This document shows, in pieces, positions 39,547 through 51,225 of a DNA stretch of 64,000 nucleotides; within the stretch, counting starts at the first letter, position 1, and each line of letters opens with the position of its first letter. The notes below the pieces were generated by a model. It was not told the DNA's origin. It ran no database searches and was given only the letters and a program-made list of their open reading frames with translations. The translations under genes and the position numbers were made by a program. The stretch is from Lytechinus pictus (Eukaryota). The stretch spans positions 2,110,001-2,174,000 of the forward strand of contig NC_087252.1 in the NCBI RefSeq assembly GCF_037042905.1. The letters run 5' to 3'.

Positions 39547-41179
39547 TGTGTTTTTTTTGGCGCAAATATTCACTACTGAATGACACGCGCCGTATAAGCT
39601 AAAACAACAACAACAACAACTTATTCGATAGGAATTAGACGGTGAGGTATTAAATTATATTTTTTTTTTATTGATACAACAAGGTCTAGGGTAAAGATTA
39701 CATTCTATATTCATTTCTACAAGGTCTTAATTTGGTAAACGGTGAGGTGTTGCAGTTTTTTTTTATTATTTTTGAATGGCTATGCTCCTTATGTATGCTT
39801 TAGTACAGGATCTTAGTTCAGAAGGATCTTCAAATGATTAAATGACCGGGTCTGGAACATTAAAAGACTACACTCTACATCCATGTTATTCCAAACGATA
39901 GTGGGTCTTCAATTTAAGGTTGGTGCCCCCCCCCCCCCCCCCCCCGCCGCCTCTCTGAAAAGCGTTTCATTGCCGATGTCATTGTAGCTTCTTAATACCA
40001 ATGAATAGACCATTTAATTCTCTTTAAAATGATACCCTACTTTATTGATATTGTTTTTCCTACAAGATATATAGGGGTGGTACTTGCATGTGACGTCACA
40101 AATGAAAAGACAAAATTCTCGTAATCTAAGTATTATCTTTGATTCATTTTCCTTAAATTTTCTCCAATATATTTCATGATTTTCTACTAATTTCTACAAT
40201 AAAGTTTAGGTGGCATTCCCCTTCAAAGTTTACCTGACGCTTTAGAAGAGGCATTGCTGTTTCTACAGTGCGTCCCAAAAAAAACTATACACTTTTGAAA
40301 TGGCTGCCAAATAAAAAATATATCACTTTGGGGGAAAACACTTACATACATGGAAGCCTATAAAGTCAACTTTCAAATGACACCAAAAAGTTGGAAAACT
40401 TTTCATGCTTGAGCAAGCACTGCCCACTAAAACAAAGGGTATGAAAATTAGGGTGGGCAGGAATTAGCCTTCCAATTTCTTTCAGTTTTTGAGATGCGAG
40501 TCCCTTGGAACTTGCAAAGTTGAGGATGTTTTGATAAATCAATGATCAAGCATTATCAATTTAGGTTTTTAGAGCAAATTTTAAGAATTATTAAATTGAA
40601 ATTTAATGTATGAGTGAACATGAAATACAATTTTTCACTTTTTAAGTGGATCTCAGCAATGTGTTCATGGAAGTCAGAATAGGGATAGGACTTAGGTGGG
40701 GGAAGTAGGTTGACGGGATATGGGTCAACAGAACACTTAACCCCCCCCCTCTCTCTCTCTACCCCTTTCACCCCTCCTGAGAGACTAGCCTTTGCTAGGG
40801 TGAGCAGGAATTAGCCTTAATTCCTTATTTTTTTTTGAGGTGAGTCCTTTGGAACTTGCAAAGTTAAGGGTGTTATGCTAAATTACTGATAAATGGAGAT
40901 CCGTTTTGGTTTCTTAAGCAAATTTCACGAGTTACTAAATTGAAATGTAATGCATGAGTAAACAGGAATTGTAATTTTAGTGTAGCATTTTTCGTTTATT
41001 ATGTGGATCTTAGCAAGTGTGCTTGTGAGAGTCAGAGTAATGTGATGGTACCTGTTACATGCAAGGGGATGAGATAGGGTAAGACTGGGTTAAAGGGACA
41101 TTCTTCTTTGTGTTCTCTTACAAATTACATGTCATGTACTCACCCCGCCCTCCACCCCTTTCTTTCTCTTGGTTGGTAT

Positions 41180-42779
41180 TGTGGTAAATTGAATTTTCTT
41201 GCAAAATCATTGTTTCTTAGGAGACACCTTACGAGAATTGTAAGCGAAAGTGAATCTATTTTTGGTCGGCATTTTCCGTTGTTTAGTCACCTGTTACGTA
41301 ACGTCAATGATGTTGTTACTCAAGAAAGTAAAAGTAGTTCCTCAGATTTATAGCTGATTATTCTCATAAATACATGATGTGTATGATTTTTGTGTTAAAA
41401 CCATAGTTGTTTCCATTATACTTTCCATTGATACTAAATGTAGTAATATGTCATAAATATTTGTGATGTTGTGGAAGGATATTTATACCAGGTAGCGTTC
41501 AAGTGTAGGTGGCGCGAAAGAATAAGCGTTTTGGTTGTTACGGTGGTAGGATAAATCAGATAGCAATTGGTGACGACAGTGTACGTTAGGGTTACATGTT
41601 CGCTCTTCCAAGTCAAGCTCGACAAGGAGGCATGTAAGTTTGAATCTAAAATATATCGTTTGTCAGTTTAAGATTTTGACTACGTTGATATCATTCTTAA
41701 GAAAAACATTATTACGGAGAGTAGAGTTGAATGTCAATTTAATTTTGTATATCTGATACAAGATCGTTATATGCTTCATGTTATTGTTATAGTCAATTTC
41801 ACATTCTAAAAGAGAAGATTTCTTATGATCAGTTTATAAAATGAAATTATATCATGTTTGTTTTCTATGAGATCGAGTATATTAAGCGAAGTTGATTTTC
41901 TTGTCAGTATTTTGTCATGATCAGATTTGTATACCCCCCCCATTCGCTGTACGTAGAAAATGAATGAACTTTATTTATTTTGATTATATTTGGCGAGTGA
42001 TAGCAGTAGTCTTAGTAATTCAGACTCGATTAAATTAGATGAGTTTTAGGAAAAACCATACTAGTTAATTTTGTTATGTCAATTTTTAGGGAATTGACGT
42101 ACCATGTATGAGCGATGCCGAGTGAAATCTCCGGAGGGTGACTTGGTGGATGTACCCTGTTATCTCTTGGCCTATAGTAGGGTGAGTTAGTTGGTAGGAT
42201 GGCCAAGTTATGGTTATTTTGTTGTGATTTACATGTATAATAAGGCAATAATTGTTTAAATATTATATTGTAATGTACTTAAAAAGAATGATTTTTAATC
42301 TGTGCTGTATTATTGCTATTATCATTGGTTAATTGGAATATATTTTTTTGTAATAATTACGACTTCATTGAAAAGTGATCAATAACTCTTCTTAGTAATG
42401 TTATAGACTTATGAACAAGAAATGAATTTATGTATATTTACATGCAATTTTTGTTGTATAATTTCTGCGGATTATTGAATTAAATTCATGATTACATATA
42501 TTATCATGCATTTGATTAATGAAATACAATTTAATGATTAATGAAATATAATTATCAAAACATGATATGATAATCACGTGATCTTGGATCAGTATTGATG
42601 AACTATTATATTCATTGTATACATATTGTTCCCTTTTTTACAGGGGTTTTTCCTCGTTTTGTACGATCTACCCGGCTGTCAATAAATGGCTGACCCACCC
42701 CTACTTCTTGTCTATGGTTGCATTCCTGACTGTGTAAGGAACCCCAACCCATACTACCGCTCGAGCCCAGTTTACTACA
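41180..42779 (+). repeat. 5' LTR (1600 bp)
   Basis: direct repeat of 48293-49896. Confidence 0.95.
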
Positions 42780-42780
42780 A

Positions 42781-42798
42781 TGGTGTCAGGAGTGGGAT
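42781..42798 (+). promoter_or_regulatory. Primer-binding site complementary to a tRNA-Leu 3' end
   Basis: TGGTGTCAGGAGTGGGAT just after the 5' LTR; reverse complement ATCCCACTCCTGACACCA matches the metazoan tRNA-Leu(CAG)-type 3' end. Confidence 0.85.
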
Positions 42799-43013
42799 CA
42801 CCGGTTTGAGATTGATGCAACCCCCTACTACGTCAGAGGACTCCAGCAGGTCAAGAGGATAAGAAGACACTATTAGATATAGGTTATTTTAAGGTTAGAA
42901 GGTAATCTGGTTAAAATAGTCGAAAGAAGTTAAGAAATTATAATTGTATTTTGTAAGAAGTTGTGTTGTTTTCAAAATTGTCATAGATTTCTTTCCCCAA
43001 ATAAACCAGCAGG

Positions 43014-46000
43014 ATGCCTGGAGATAATGTTGGGACTGAGGCTGGTGCAACCCCTAGCACTAGCCTCGAAGACATGATTGCTTCTATGACTGGTGCGTTC
43101 CGAAGTATGTCCATGGCTAGGTCAATGCCCTCGATGAAGTTGCCTAAGTTTAAGGGTATTCCACAAAAGCCTGGTGATTTGACTGTACGTGAATGGTTTG
43201 ATGAATTCGATGAATACTGCCAATATTACCAGTTATCGGAGAGAGAGAAGGCACAAGTTCTTGTGACTCATCTAAGTGGTCCAGCCAAGGATGAGATCAT
43301 GTGTAGGGAGGCAAGTCTACGTGAAGATCCGACTGGCCTGAGAAGGGTGCTGACGACTCGGTTTGGCTCAAGAGAGAGCGTCCAAAGCTTGAGTAGTGAA
43401 CTTCACAGTCGTGTTCAACTTGACGGAGAATCACTTGCCGATTTCAGCAGTGTTCTTATCCGTTTGCATGATAGAATGGAAGCAGCCGCTTCGATACCTG
43501 AGAAGGAGGCTCTGCAAAGATTGAGAGACATGACCCTCAAGGAAAAATTCGTGAGAGGGGTGCGGGACAAACAAATCCAGAGAGAACTGAGGAGGATCCT
43601 AATTTCTAGCGGATCTGGGACATTCCTGACGATGAGAGAAGAGGTCCTGACTTTATTTCAAGACACAGATACGGTCCCAAGACCAAGGGTGAGAGAATGT
43701 GAAGTAGAGACTGCAAGGGTCGAAGCATCTTCTGAGACAGCTGAGATAAAATCAATGAGGGAGGAAATATCTCTTCTTAAAGAAGGACTTAGTGAAGTTG
43801 TCAAGGAAATTCAGGCCCTACAGTTCCCCCCTCATCTTCGACAAAAGCCAAAGAAGAAAGGAGAGTTACATTGCTTTAACTGCAAACAGAAGGGCCATGT
43901 ACAGAAAAATTGTGTTAAACCACCTAGATGTTATGCCTGTGACAAGCCAGGTCACTTTAAGAAAGGTTGTCCAGAGGTTATGGAAACGGTGAGGAGTAAT
44001 CCTGGAAATCAACTGAGTGAAGGATCCGCTGAAGTCCTCACAGTATCCAACTCCTCAAATTATCTTTCATCGCTAGTATCAGAGAGTCCAAAAGCCATAG
44101 TCAAGATAGCTGGAGTAGAGACTGGATGTATTCTAGACACAGGTGCCGAAGCGAGTCTGGTTCCACTGAGTTACTATGAGAGATGTTTAGAGGGGATCAT
44201 CGGGGATCTCGAAGGTACTGATAGCGGTTTAAGAGTGACTGGCATCTCAGGAGCCGTCCCAATCGTAGGTTACTTCAGGGCACCAGTTACAGCCAATGGG
44301 AAGACTGACGAAGTAGGATTTCTCGTGATTAAGGATGTAGTCCCTAGTAAGAGAAAGGAATACCCAGTTTTATTAGGCTCCAATGCTCTTTATAGCTTTG
44401 TGGGAGATGATGAGTCCCAAAGTAGAAAAAGTGACTGGCAGATGGTTGCGGAGGTCTTAAAGGCATTTCCTAAGCCTGTGTTGAACCAGGAGACTTCAAC
44501 TGTGCTGAAGACAGGAGATAACGATGAGGTGATACCACCACTCACTGTCAGGAGATTAGAGTGTCACGTGGACAATGCAGCCCAGTGGAATGGTCGAGAT
44601 GTTCTTGTCCAAGCTGTACACGATGAGTCAGAAGACATACCAAGACTGAATTCGATTGACCTCTTTGATGGTTGCACTCAGGTGAAGGGAGAAAGACTTC
44701 ATGTGACACTAGCCAACCGGAGTGAGCAGCAACTTGTCATTGAGCCCAATACAATACTGGCATCTGCTACAAGGATTGAAAGAAAGAGTGAAATAGTACT
44801 ACAAGAACAAAACGATACAGTGGAAGTCATGGTCACTGATATAGAAGTTGAGCCTGGCGCAGTTGATAATGAGGCTCCAGTGAGTGATGCGATTGACGGA
44901 CCAGAAACTGATAGCCGAATCCACACTTGCCTGGACGGTCGCAATCTCAAACTACCTATGGGGGTTAATTTAGATGGACTGGAAGCTGAGAAAGCCGATG
45001 TTATTGCTTCGCTTTTGGTCAAGAATGCGGCTGCATTTTCTGAATCAGAGATGGATTTGGGTTGCTGTACAGTCATTCCGCATCAAATCCAGACGTCAGA
45101 AGGTCCACCTATCCGGTTGCCATACCGTCGTGTTCCTCCTAATCAGGCTGCGGAGATGAAGAAGTTACTGCAAGAAATGTTAGATAAAGGAATAATCCAG
45201 CGCTCCAGGAGTCCGTATGCAAGTCCGGTAGTTCCAGTGCGAAAGAAAGATGGCTCGTTAAGGCTTTGTATAGATTACAGACAGTTGAATGCTCGTACAA
45301 TTCGGGATTCCTTTCCCTTACCACGTATAGAGGAAACCCTTGAGGCCCTAGGAGGAGCTTCATATTTCTCCTCCCTAGATTTGGCTAACGGATATTTTCA
45401 GGTAGCCATGGACAAGGATTCCATAGACAAGACGGCGTTTCGTGTTCCTTGGGGGCTGTTTGAGTTCAAGAGGATGCCACAAGGCTTAGTTAATAGCCCC
45501 AGTACATTCCAGAGGGTGATGGAATTGGTCCTTGGAGATTTGAATATGACGCAAGTAATCATATACTTAGATGACATACTTATCTATTCAACCACATTTG
45601 AGGAACATATAGAGAGGCTTCAAGCTGTTTTCACAAGATTGACTGACAACGGTCTTAAGCTCAAAGGGAAGAAGTGCAAGTTCCTTCAGGAAAGGGTGAA
45701 CCATCTTGGTCATGTGGTGACTGCAGAAGGCATATCTGTAGATCCAGGGAAGATTGAACGAATCAGGGACTGGCCAACCCCTAACTCACCTGAGGAACTT
45801 CGGTCATTTTTGGGTTTGGCATCATATTACCGTAGATTTATCACAGGTTTTGCACAGATTGCCTCCCCTCTTCATGCCTTAGTAGGGAAGACACAGAAGT
45901 CATCGAAGAAGTCCAGGCGGTATCAGAAGAAGAAAAGTGACGTATCAGCAAAGTTTGAATGGACAGATGAAGCAGAGAAATCATTTGCCACACTCAAAAG

Positions 46001-48020
46001 ATTGTTGACATCGACACCAGTTTTGAGCTATCCAGTATTCGGGCGTGAATTTGTCGTAGAGATCGACGCTTCACTGAAGGGCTTAGGAGCCTGTCTATCT
46101 CAACATGGCGATGATGGGAAGTTACACCCATTAGCATTTGCTAGTAGAGGTTTGAGAAAGGCCGAGAAGAACTATTCAGATTATTCTAGTTTTAAGATTG
46201 AGTTATTAGGGCTAAAGTGGGCAGTCACGGAGAAGTTTAAGGACTATCTGATTGGGAGCCACACTGTGATACTTACGGATCACAATCCTCTAGCCCATCT
46301 ACAGACAGCCAAGTTAGGAGCAACGGAGCAGAGGTGGATCGCCCAACTAGCTCCCTTTGACTTGGAAATCAGATACAGGTCAGGGCGTTCCAATAGGTGT
46401 GCTGATGCACTTAGCAGGTGTTCAGTTCTTCCAGTGGAGTTGTCGACTGAGTCTCAAAGCAAGAGGAAAGAGTTAAAGGAAGAGCCATTGCAAGCAAGTG
46501 GCCCTGGAATCTTTCCTTCGTTCAGCCTCGAAGAACTGAAGAAACTCCAAGAGCAGGATGAATCACTTGGGATGATTTGGGACTGTTATCGGAAGGGATG
46601 GCAACCAGGTCAAGTAATCTCTGAGGATAGTAAAGAGGTGCGAAGTTGGCTGAAAGAGTGGACACAATTGACTGAGAAGAAAGGAGTACTATATCGACAG
46701 GTCCAAGTGATGGGGAATAACATCTTACAATTGTTAGTTCCTGAGAAGCTTCGGAAGACCATACTTGAATCCGTTCACGACAGATGGGGACACCAAGGAG
46801 TGACACGAACCTTGAGTCTATTGCGTGAACGGTGCTTCTGGCCTGGTCTACATGGAGATGTAAGACGTCATGTGAGGAACTGCTTGAATTGTAATGTGGC
46901 CAAAGCTCCATCACCAACAGTGAAGACACCCATGAGACACCTTATAGCTTTCAGACCATTGGAAGTGTTGGCCATAGATTTCTTGAAGGTTGATAAGGGG
47001 AGAGGAGGATATGAAGATATCCTAGTCATGTCTGATGTCTACACGAAGTACGCCCAAGCTGTTGCGTGTAAGGACCAAACAGCGGTGACAGTAGCAAGAG
47101 TGCTTCGTGACTCATGGTTCTCACATTATGGTATACCACAGAGAGTACACTCTGACCAAGGCAGGGACTTTGAAGGGAAATTGATACAGGAGCTATGTAA
47201 GTTGTACAATATCAGCAAGTCTAGAACCACCCCCTACCACCCAGAGGGAAACGGGCAAATTGAGCGTTTCAACCGCACCTTGTGTACAATGATTAGGTCG
47301 ATGGATCCTAGTGAGCGCAGACGCTGGCCAGAGATGTTATTTCATTTGGTGTACATATACAATAGTACACCACACCGAGTTACTGGTTACTCACCTTACC
47401 GACTGATGTATGGGAGGGTCCCATCAATACCTCTTGATCAACTCTTATCTCAGCAACAAGGAGACTGGGGTCAAGACTATGTTGCAGCTCAAGCTGATGC
47501 TCTTACTAAGATGAATGCAATAGTAGAAAACAACACGAAGAAGGTAGCAGAGTATAACAAGAGTAGGCATGATCTTGGGCTGAAGGAAAAGAAGATCAAG
47601 ATTGGGCAACATGTATTATTGCGAAGGACCGCGTTCAAAGGAAGACATAAGTTAGCTGATCATTATCATAGAGACAAGTATGTCGTAGTTTGGATCAATC
47701 CTGAAGAAGATGTGTGTAGCATCAGACCTTTACATGGAGGCAAAGTACAGACAGTGAACAAGAAGTATCTATTGGATTATCCGAGAGAATCTGAAGAAGA
47801 AGGGGATCCACCAGAATTATGGCCTCCAGTAGAAGATGATGAAATGTCAGACACCTCTAGTAGTGATGAGGATGACGAGAACCATGTTATGCTCCCTAAC
47901 TTCAATGATAGACTTCCAGTTCGGGAGGAAGTAGGTCAGAGGCAACTACGACGCTCGACGAGAGTAACCAAGGGAATGCATAGCAACCCTTATAATCTGC
48001 CCAGGACGGCAGTGAAATGA
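43014..48020 (+). CDS. Gag-Pol polyprotein (1668 aa): Gag with two CCHC knuckles, protease, RT, RNase H, integrase
   Basis: CFNCKQKGHVQKNC and CYACDKPGHFKKGC; ILDTGA; LRLCIDYR, MPQGL, YLDD; EIDAS...TDH...ADALSR; H-x3-GH...C-x2-C, SDQG, NGQIER; RT-RH-INT order is the Ty3/gypsy order. Confidence 0.97.
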   Translation: MPGDNVGTEAGATPSTSLEDMIASMTGAFRSMSMARSMPSMKLPKFKGIPQKPGDLTVREWFDEFDEYCQYYQLSEREKAQVLVTHLSGPAKDEIMCREASLREDPTGLRRVLTTRFGSRESVQSLSSELHSRVQLDGESLADFSSVLIRLHDRMEAAASIPEKEALQRLRDMTLKEKFVRGVRDKQIQRELRRILISSGSGTFLTMREEVLTLFQDTDTVPRPRVRECEVETARVEASSETAEIKSMREEISLLKEGLSEVVKEIQALQFPPHLRQKPKKKGELHCFNCKQKGHVQKNCVKPPRCYACDKPGHFKKGCPEVMETVRSNPGNQLSEGSAEVLTVSNSSNYLSSLVSESPKAIVKIAGVETGCILDTGAEASLVPLSYYERCLEGIIGDLEGTDSGLRVTGISGAVPIVGYFRAPVTANGKTDEVGFLVIKDVVPSKRKEYPVLLGSNALYSFVGDDESQSRKSDWQMVAEVLKAFPKPVLNQETSTVLKTGDNDEVIPPLTVRRLECHVDNAAQWNGRDVLVQAVHDESEDIPRLNSIDLFDGCTQVKGERLHVTLANRSEQQLVIEPNTILASATRIERKSEIVLQEQNDTVEVMVTDIEVEPGAVDNEAPVSDAIDGPETDSRIHTCLDGRNLKLPMGVNLDGLEAEKADVIASLLVKNAAAFSESEMDLGCCTVIPHQIQTSEGPPIRLPYRRVPPNQAAEMKKLLQEMLDKGIIQRSRSPYASPVVPVRKKDGSLRLCIDYRQLNARTIRDSFPLPRIEETLEALGGASYFSSLDLANGYFQVAMDKDSIDKTAFRVPWGLFEFKRMPQGLVNSPSTFQRVMELVLGDLNMTQVIIYLDDILIYSTTFEEHIERLQAVFTRLTDNGLKLKGKKCKFLQERVNHLGHVVTAEGISVDPGKIERIRDWPTPNSPEELRSFLGLASYYRRFITGFAQIASPLHALVGKTQKSSKKSRRYQKKKSDVSAKFEWTDEAEKSFATLKRLLTSTPVLSYPVFGREFVVEIDASLKGLGACLSQHGDDGKLHPLAFASRGLRKAEKNYSDYSSFKIELLGLKWAVTEKFKDYLIGSHTVILTDHNPLAHLQTAKLGATEQRWIAQLAPFDLEIRYRSGRSNRCADALSRCSVLPVELSTESQSKRKELKEEPLQASGPGIFPSFSLEELKKLQEQDESLGMIWDCYRKGWQPGQVISEDSKEVRSWLKEWTQLTEKKGVLYRQVQVMGNNILQLLVPEKLRKTILESVHDRWGHQGVTRTLSLLRERCFWPGLHGDVRRHVRNCLNCNVAKAPSPTVKTPMRHLIAFRPLEVLAIDFLKVDKGRGGYEDILVMSDVYTKYAQAVACKDQTAVTVARVLRDSWFSHYGIPQRVHSDQGRDFEGKLIQELCKLYNISKSRTTPYHPEGNGQIERFNRTLCTMIRSMDPSERRRWPEMLFHLVYIYNSTPHRVTGYSPYRLMYGRVPSIPLDQLLSQQQGDWGQDYVAAQADALTKMNAIVENNTKKVAEYNKSRHDLGLKEKKIKIGQHVLLRRTAFKGRHKLADHYHRDKYVVVWINPEEDVCSIRPLHGGKVQTVNKKYLLDYPRESEEEGDPPELWPPVEDDEMSDTSSSDEDDENHVMLPNFNDRLPVREEVGQRQLRRSTRVTKGMHSNPYNLPRTAVK

Positions 48021-48292
48021 ATTTCACTTTTTCTTCTGTCATTTTTCTTTCCATAATGTTGGATATTTACATTTTTCATTTTGGAGATATCAAAACTACT
48101 CAGATGAGAATTTTTGATTGAAGTTTAGGTATAGATTGAAATATTTCATAATAGGAGCATATTGAATAATTTATATGGTAAAAATGCAATTTTTGTAAAA
48201 ATTGTAATGTTTATTTAAAGAATTGAAAAATAATTCTAGGAGAATGAATATTATCAATAATATTGAGAAAATGTTATTTCGTCAGGATGGAT

Positions 48293-49896
48293 TGTGGTAA
48301 ATTGAATTTTCTTGCAAAATCATTGTTTCTTAGGAGACACCTTACGAGAATTGTAAGCGAAAGTGAATCTATTTTTGGTCGGCATTTTCCGTTGTTTAGT
48401 CACCTGTTACGTAACGTCAATGATGTTGTTACTCAAGAAAGTAAAAGTAGTTCCTCAGATTTATAGCTGATTATTCTCATAAATACATGATGTGTATGAT
48501 TTTTGTGTTAAAACCATAGTTGTTTCCATTATACTTTCCATTGATACTAAATGTAGTAATATGTCATAAATATTTGTGATGTTGTGGAAGGATATTTATA
48601 CCAGGTAGCGTTCAAGTGTAGGTGGCGCGAAAGAATAAGCGTTTTGGTTGTTACGGTGGTAGGATAAATCAGATAGCAATTGGTGACGACAGTGTACGTT
48701 AGGGTTACATGTTCGCTCTTCCAAGTCAAGCTCGACAAGGAGGCATGTAAGTTTGAATCTAAAATATATCGTTTGTCAGTTTAAGATTTTGACTACGTTG
48801 ATATCATTCTTAAGAAAAACATTATTACGGAGAGTAGAGTTGAATGTCAATTTAATTTTGTATATCTGATACAAGATCGTTATATGCTTCATGTTATTGT
48901 TATAGTCAATTTCACATTCTAAAAGAGAAGATTTCTTATGATCAGTTTATAAAATGAAATTATATCATGTTTGTTTTCTATGAGATCGAGTATATTAAGC
49001 GAAGTTGATTTTCTTGTCAGTATTTTGTCATGATCAGATTTGTATACCCCCCCCCCCCATTCGCTGTACGTAGAAAATGAATGAACTTTATTTATTTTGA
49101 TTATATTTGGCGAGTGATAGCAGTAGTCTTAGTAATTCAGACTCGATTAAATTAGATGAGTTTTAGGAAAAACCATACTAGTTAATTTTGTTATGTCAAT
49201 TTTTAGGGAATTGACGTACCATGTATGAGCGATGCCGAGTGAAATCTCCGGAGGGTGACTTGGTGGATGTACCCTGTTATCTCTTGGCCTATAGTAGGGT
49301 GAGTTAGTTGGTAGGATGGCCAAGTTATGGTTATTTTGTTGTGATTTACATGTATAATAAGGCAATAATTGTTTAAATATTATATTGTAATGTACTTAAA
49401 ACGAATGATTTTTAATCTGTGCTGTATTATTGCTATTATCATTGGTTAATTGGAATATATTTTTTTGTAATAATTACGACTTCATTGAAAAGTGATCAAT
49501 AACTCTTCTTAGTAATGTTATAGACTTATGAACAAGAAATGAATTTATGTATATTTACATGCAATTTTTGTTGTATAATTTCTGCGGATTATTGAATTAA
49601 ATTCATGATTACATATATTATCATGCATTTGATTAATGAAATACAATTTAATGATTAATGAAATATAATTATCAAAATATGATATGATAATCACGTGATC
49701 TTGGATCAGTATTGATGAACTATTATATTCATTGTATACATATTGTTCCCTTTTTTACAGGGGTTTTTCCTCGTTTTGTACGATCTACCCGGCTGTCAAT
49801 AAATGGCTGACCCACCCCTACTTCTTGTCTATGGTTGCATTCCTGACTGTGTAAGGAACCCCAACCCATACTACCGCTCGAGCCCAGTTTACTACA
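48293..49896 (+). repeat. 3' LTR (1604 bp)
   Basis: differs from the 5' LTR by a poly-C length change (8 vs 12) and about two substitutions seen by eye. Confidence 0.95.
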
Positions 49897-50877
49897 GTAT
49901 TTAAAACTTAAAATGCCAAGTGACTGATGGTTGATGGGTCTTTCTTTTCCATCGAATGATTTATTAAGAACTTGACTAATTATGATAATTTATGAAATCA
50001 TTTATTGAAAAAGCTGAATGCTTGATTGATAATTTATTGAAAAAGGTGAATATTTGATTGATGACATTGATTGAGTTTATTTACTAACAGATTGTTGATT
50101 GAATGATTGATAGATAAAAGATCTAATTTTCAGAATTTATTATCAAATTGACAGTCCGCTTTGCACTTAATGCGTACATGTAATAGCAATCAGTCTCAAT
50201 CTCAACAGGAGGGGGGAGGGACGGACCTGTAGGAGGGAGGCTAAACGTTGTGTTGACCCTTTTCCCATCAGCTTACTTCACACACTGAAGTCATTTCTTA
50301 CCCCTATTCTCCTGACTCCAATGAACACACTGCTGAGACCCACATTGTAAGTTAAAATGCTTCACTAAAGATTGCAATTCATGCTCACTCATGCATGGAA
50401 TTTCAATTTGATAATTCATGAAATTTGCTCTAACAATTTAAATTGATAATGAATGACCATCAATTCATCAGAACACCCTCAAGTTTGCAAGTTCCAAGGG
50501 ACTCGCCTCTCAAAAACTGAAAGAAACCGAAAGGCTAATTCCTGCCCACCCTAATTTTCATACCCTTTGTTTAAGCGGGTAGTGCTCACTCAAGCATGAA
50601 TAGTTTTCCAACATTTTGGTGTCATTTGAAAGATGACTTTATCGGCTTTCCATATGTATAAGTCTTTTTCCCCAAAGTGATATACTTTTTATTTGGCAGC
50701 CATTTCAAAAGTGTATAGTTTTTTTTGGGACGCACTGTAGAGGCTCAACGGGACCGCGACTCGACTTAACGTTTTACTTACCATAACTACATGCCTTAAC
50801 CGATAGAGTGAAATGAACTGAAACACATAATACTGGAAAAAAAATAGTAGCTTATAAACGTTTTCTGTGTCATTTAG

Positions 50878-51225
50878 GGATACGTGGTGATGTCCCTGAT
50901 GATACTGTCTACACCGAGTTGCACAAAGATGTTAATATAGGAGACAGTGCAGTCTTGACATGTCAGTTTCGAGGTTCACCAATGGCTGTGTACTGGAAGA
51001 AAGGCGATGACCCAAGAAGGGCGCCAAACCTTGTATCATGGATTCCTACTGATGACGTCACTGGTAAATGTGAAGGTCAAAGGCCATGTGAGGTCATGGA
51101 GATGAATGAGAACCGTTCCTTGATCATCAAAGAAGTCAGTATGGCCGAACAAGGTCGATATATCTGCAGAGTTTCTAACTACAAGGGGTATCTAATACAC
51201 AACTTCACATACATCAGACTATTTT
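50878..51225 (+). CDS. Copy 2 IgV-like immunoglobulin domain exon
   Basis: tgtgtcatttag|GG...TTTT|gtaagt; 348 nt, phase 1-1; GDSAVLTC...VYW...SLIIKEVSMAEQGRYICRV (B-strand Cys, C-strand Trp, E-x-G-x-Y-x-C). Confidence 0.9.

Larger units (their letters stand above)
36620..39920. repeat. Degenerate tandem array (~80-100-bp units) around the tRNA gene
   Basis: recurring ggtctggagtaaagactacactctatatccat motif at 37010-37500 and 39425-39890, interrupted by the 37551 element. Confidence 0.65.
41180..49896 (+). mobile_element. Full-length Ty3/gypsy LTR retrotransposon, very recent insertion
   Basis: TG...CA LTRs at 41180-42779 and 48293-49896; 4-bp TSD GTAT at 41176 and 49897; PBS; single intact gag-pol ORF. 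Confidence 0.97.
40266..50737. mobile_element. Non-autonomous Tc1/mariner-type element with long TIRs (~1.75 kb), host of the LTR element
   Basis: TA|CAGTGCGTCCCAAAA...TTTTGGGACGCACTG|TA; inverted similarity runs for several hundred bp. Confidence 0.9.

Noticed and set aside
43792..46929. Short alternative-frame and antisense ORFs inside gag-pol
   Set aside because: Shadow ORFs of a long coding region with no recognisable motifs
41108..49365. Identical small ORF pairs (41434/48547, 42030/49147, 41108/48263)
   Set aside because: Duplicated only because they lie in the two LTRs; no sign of coding function
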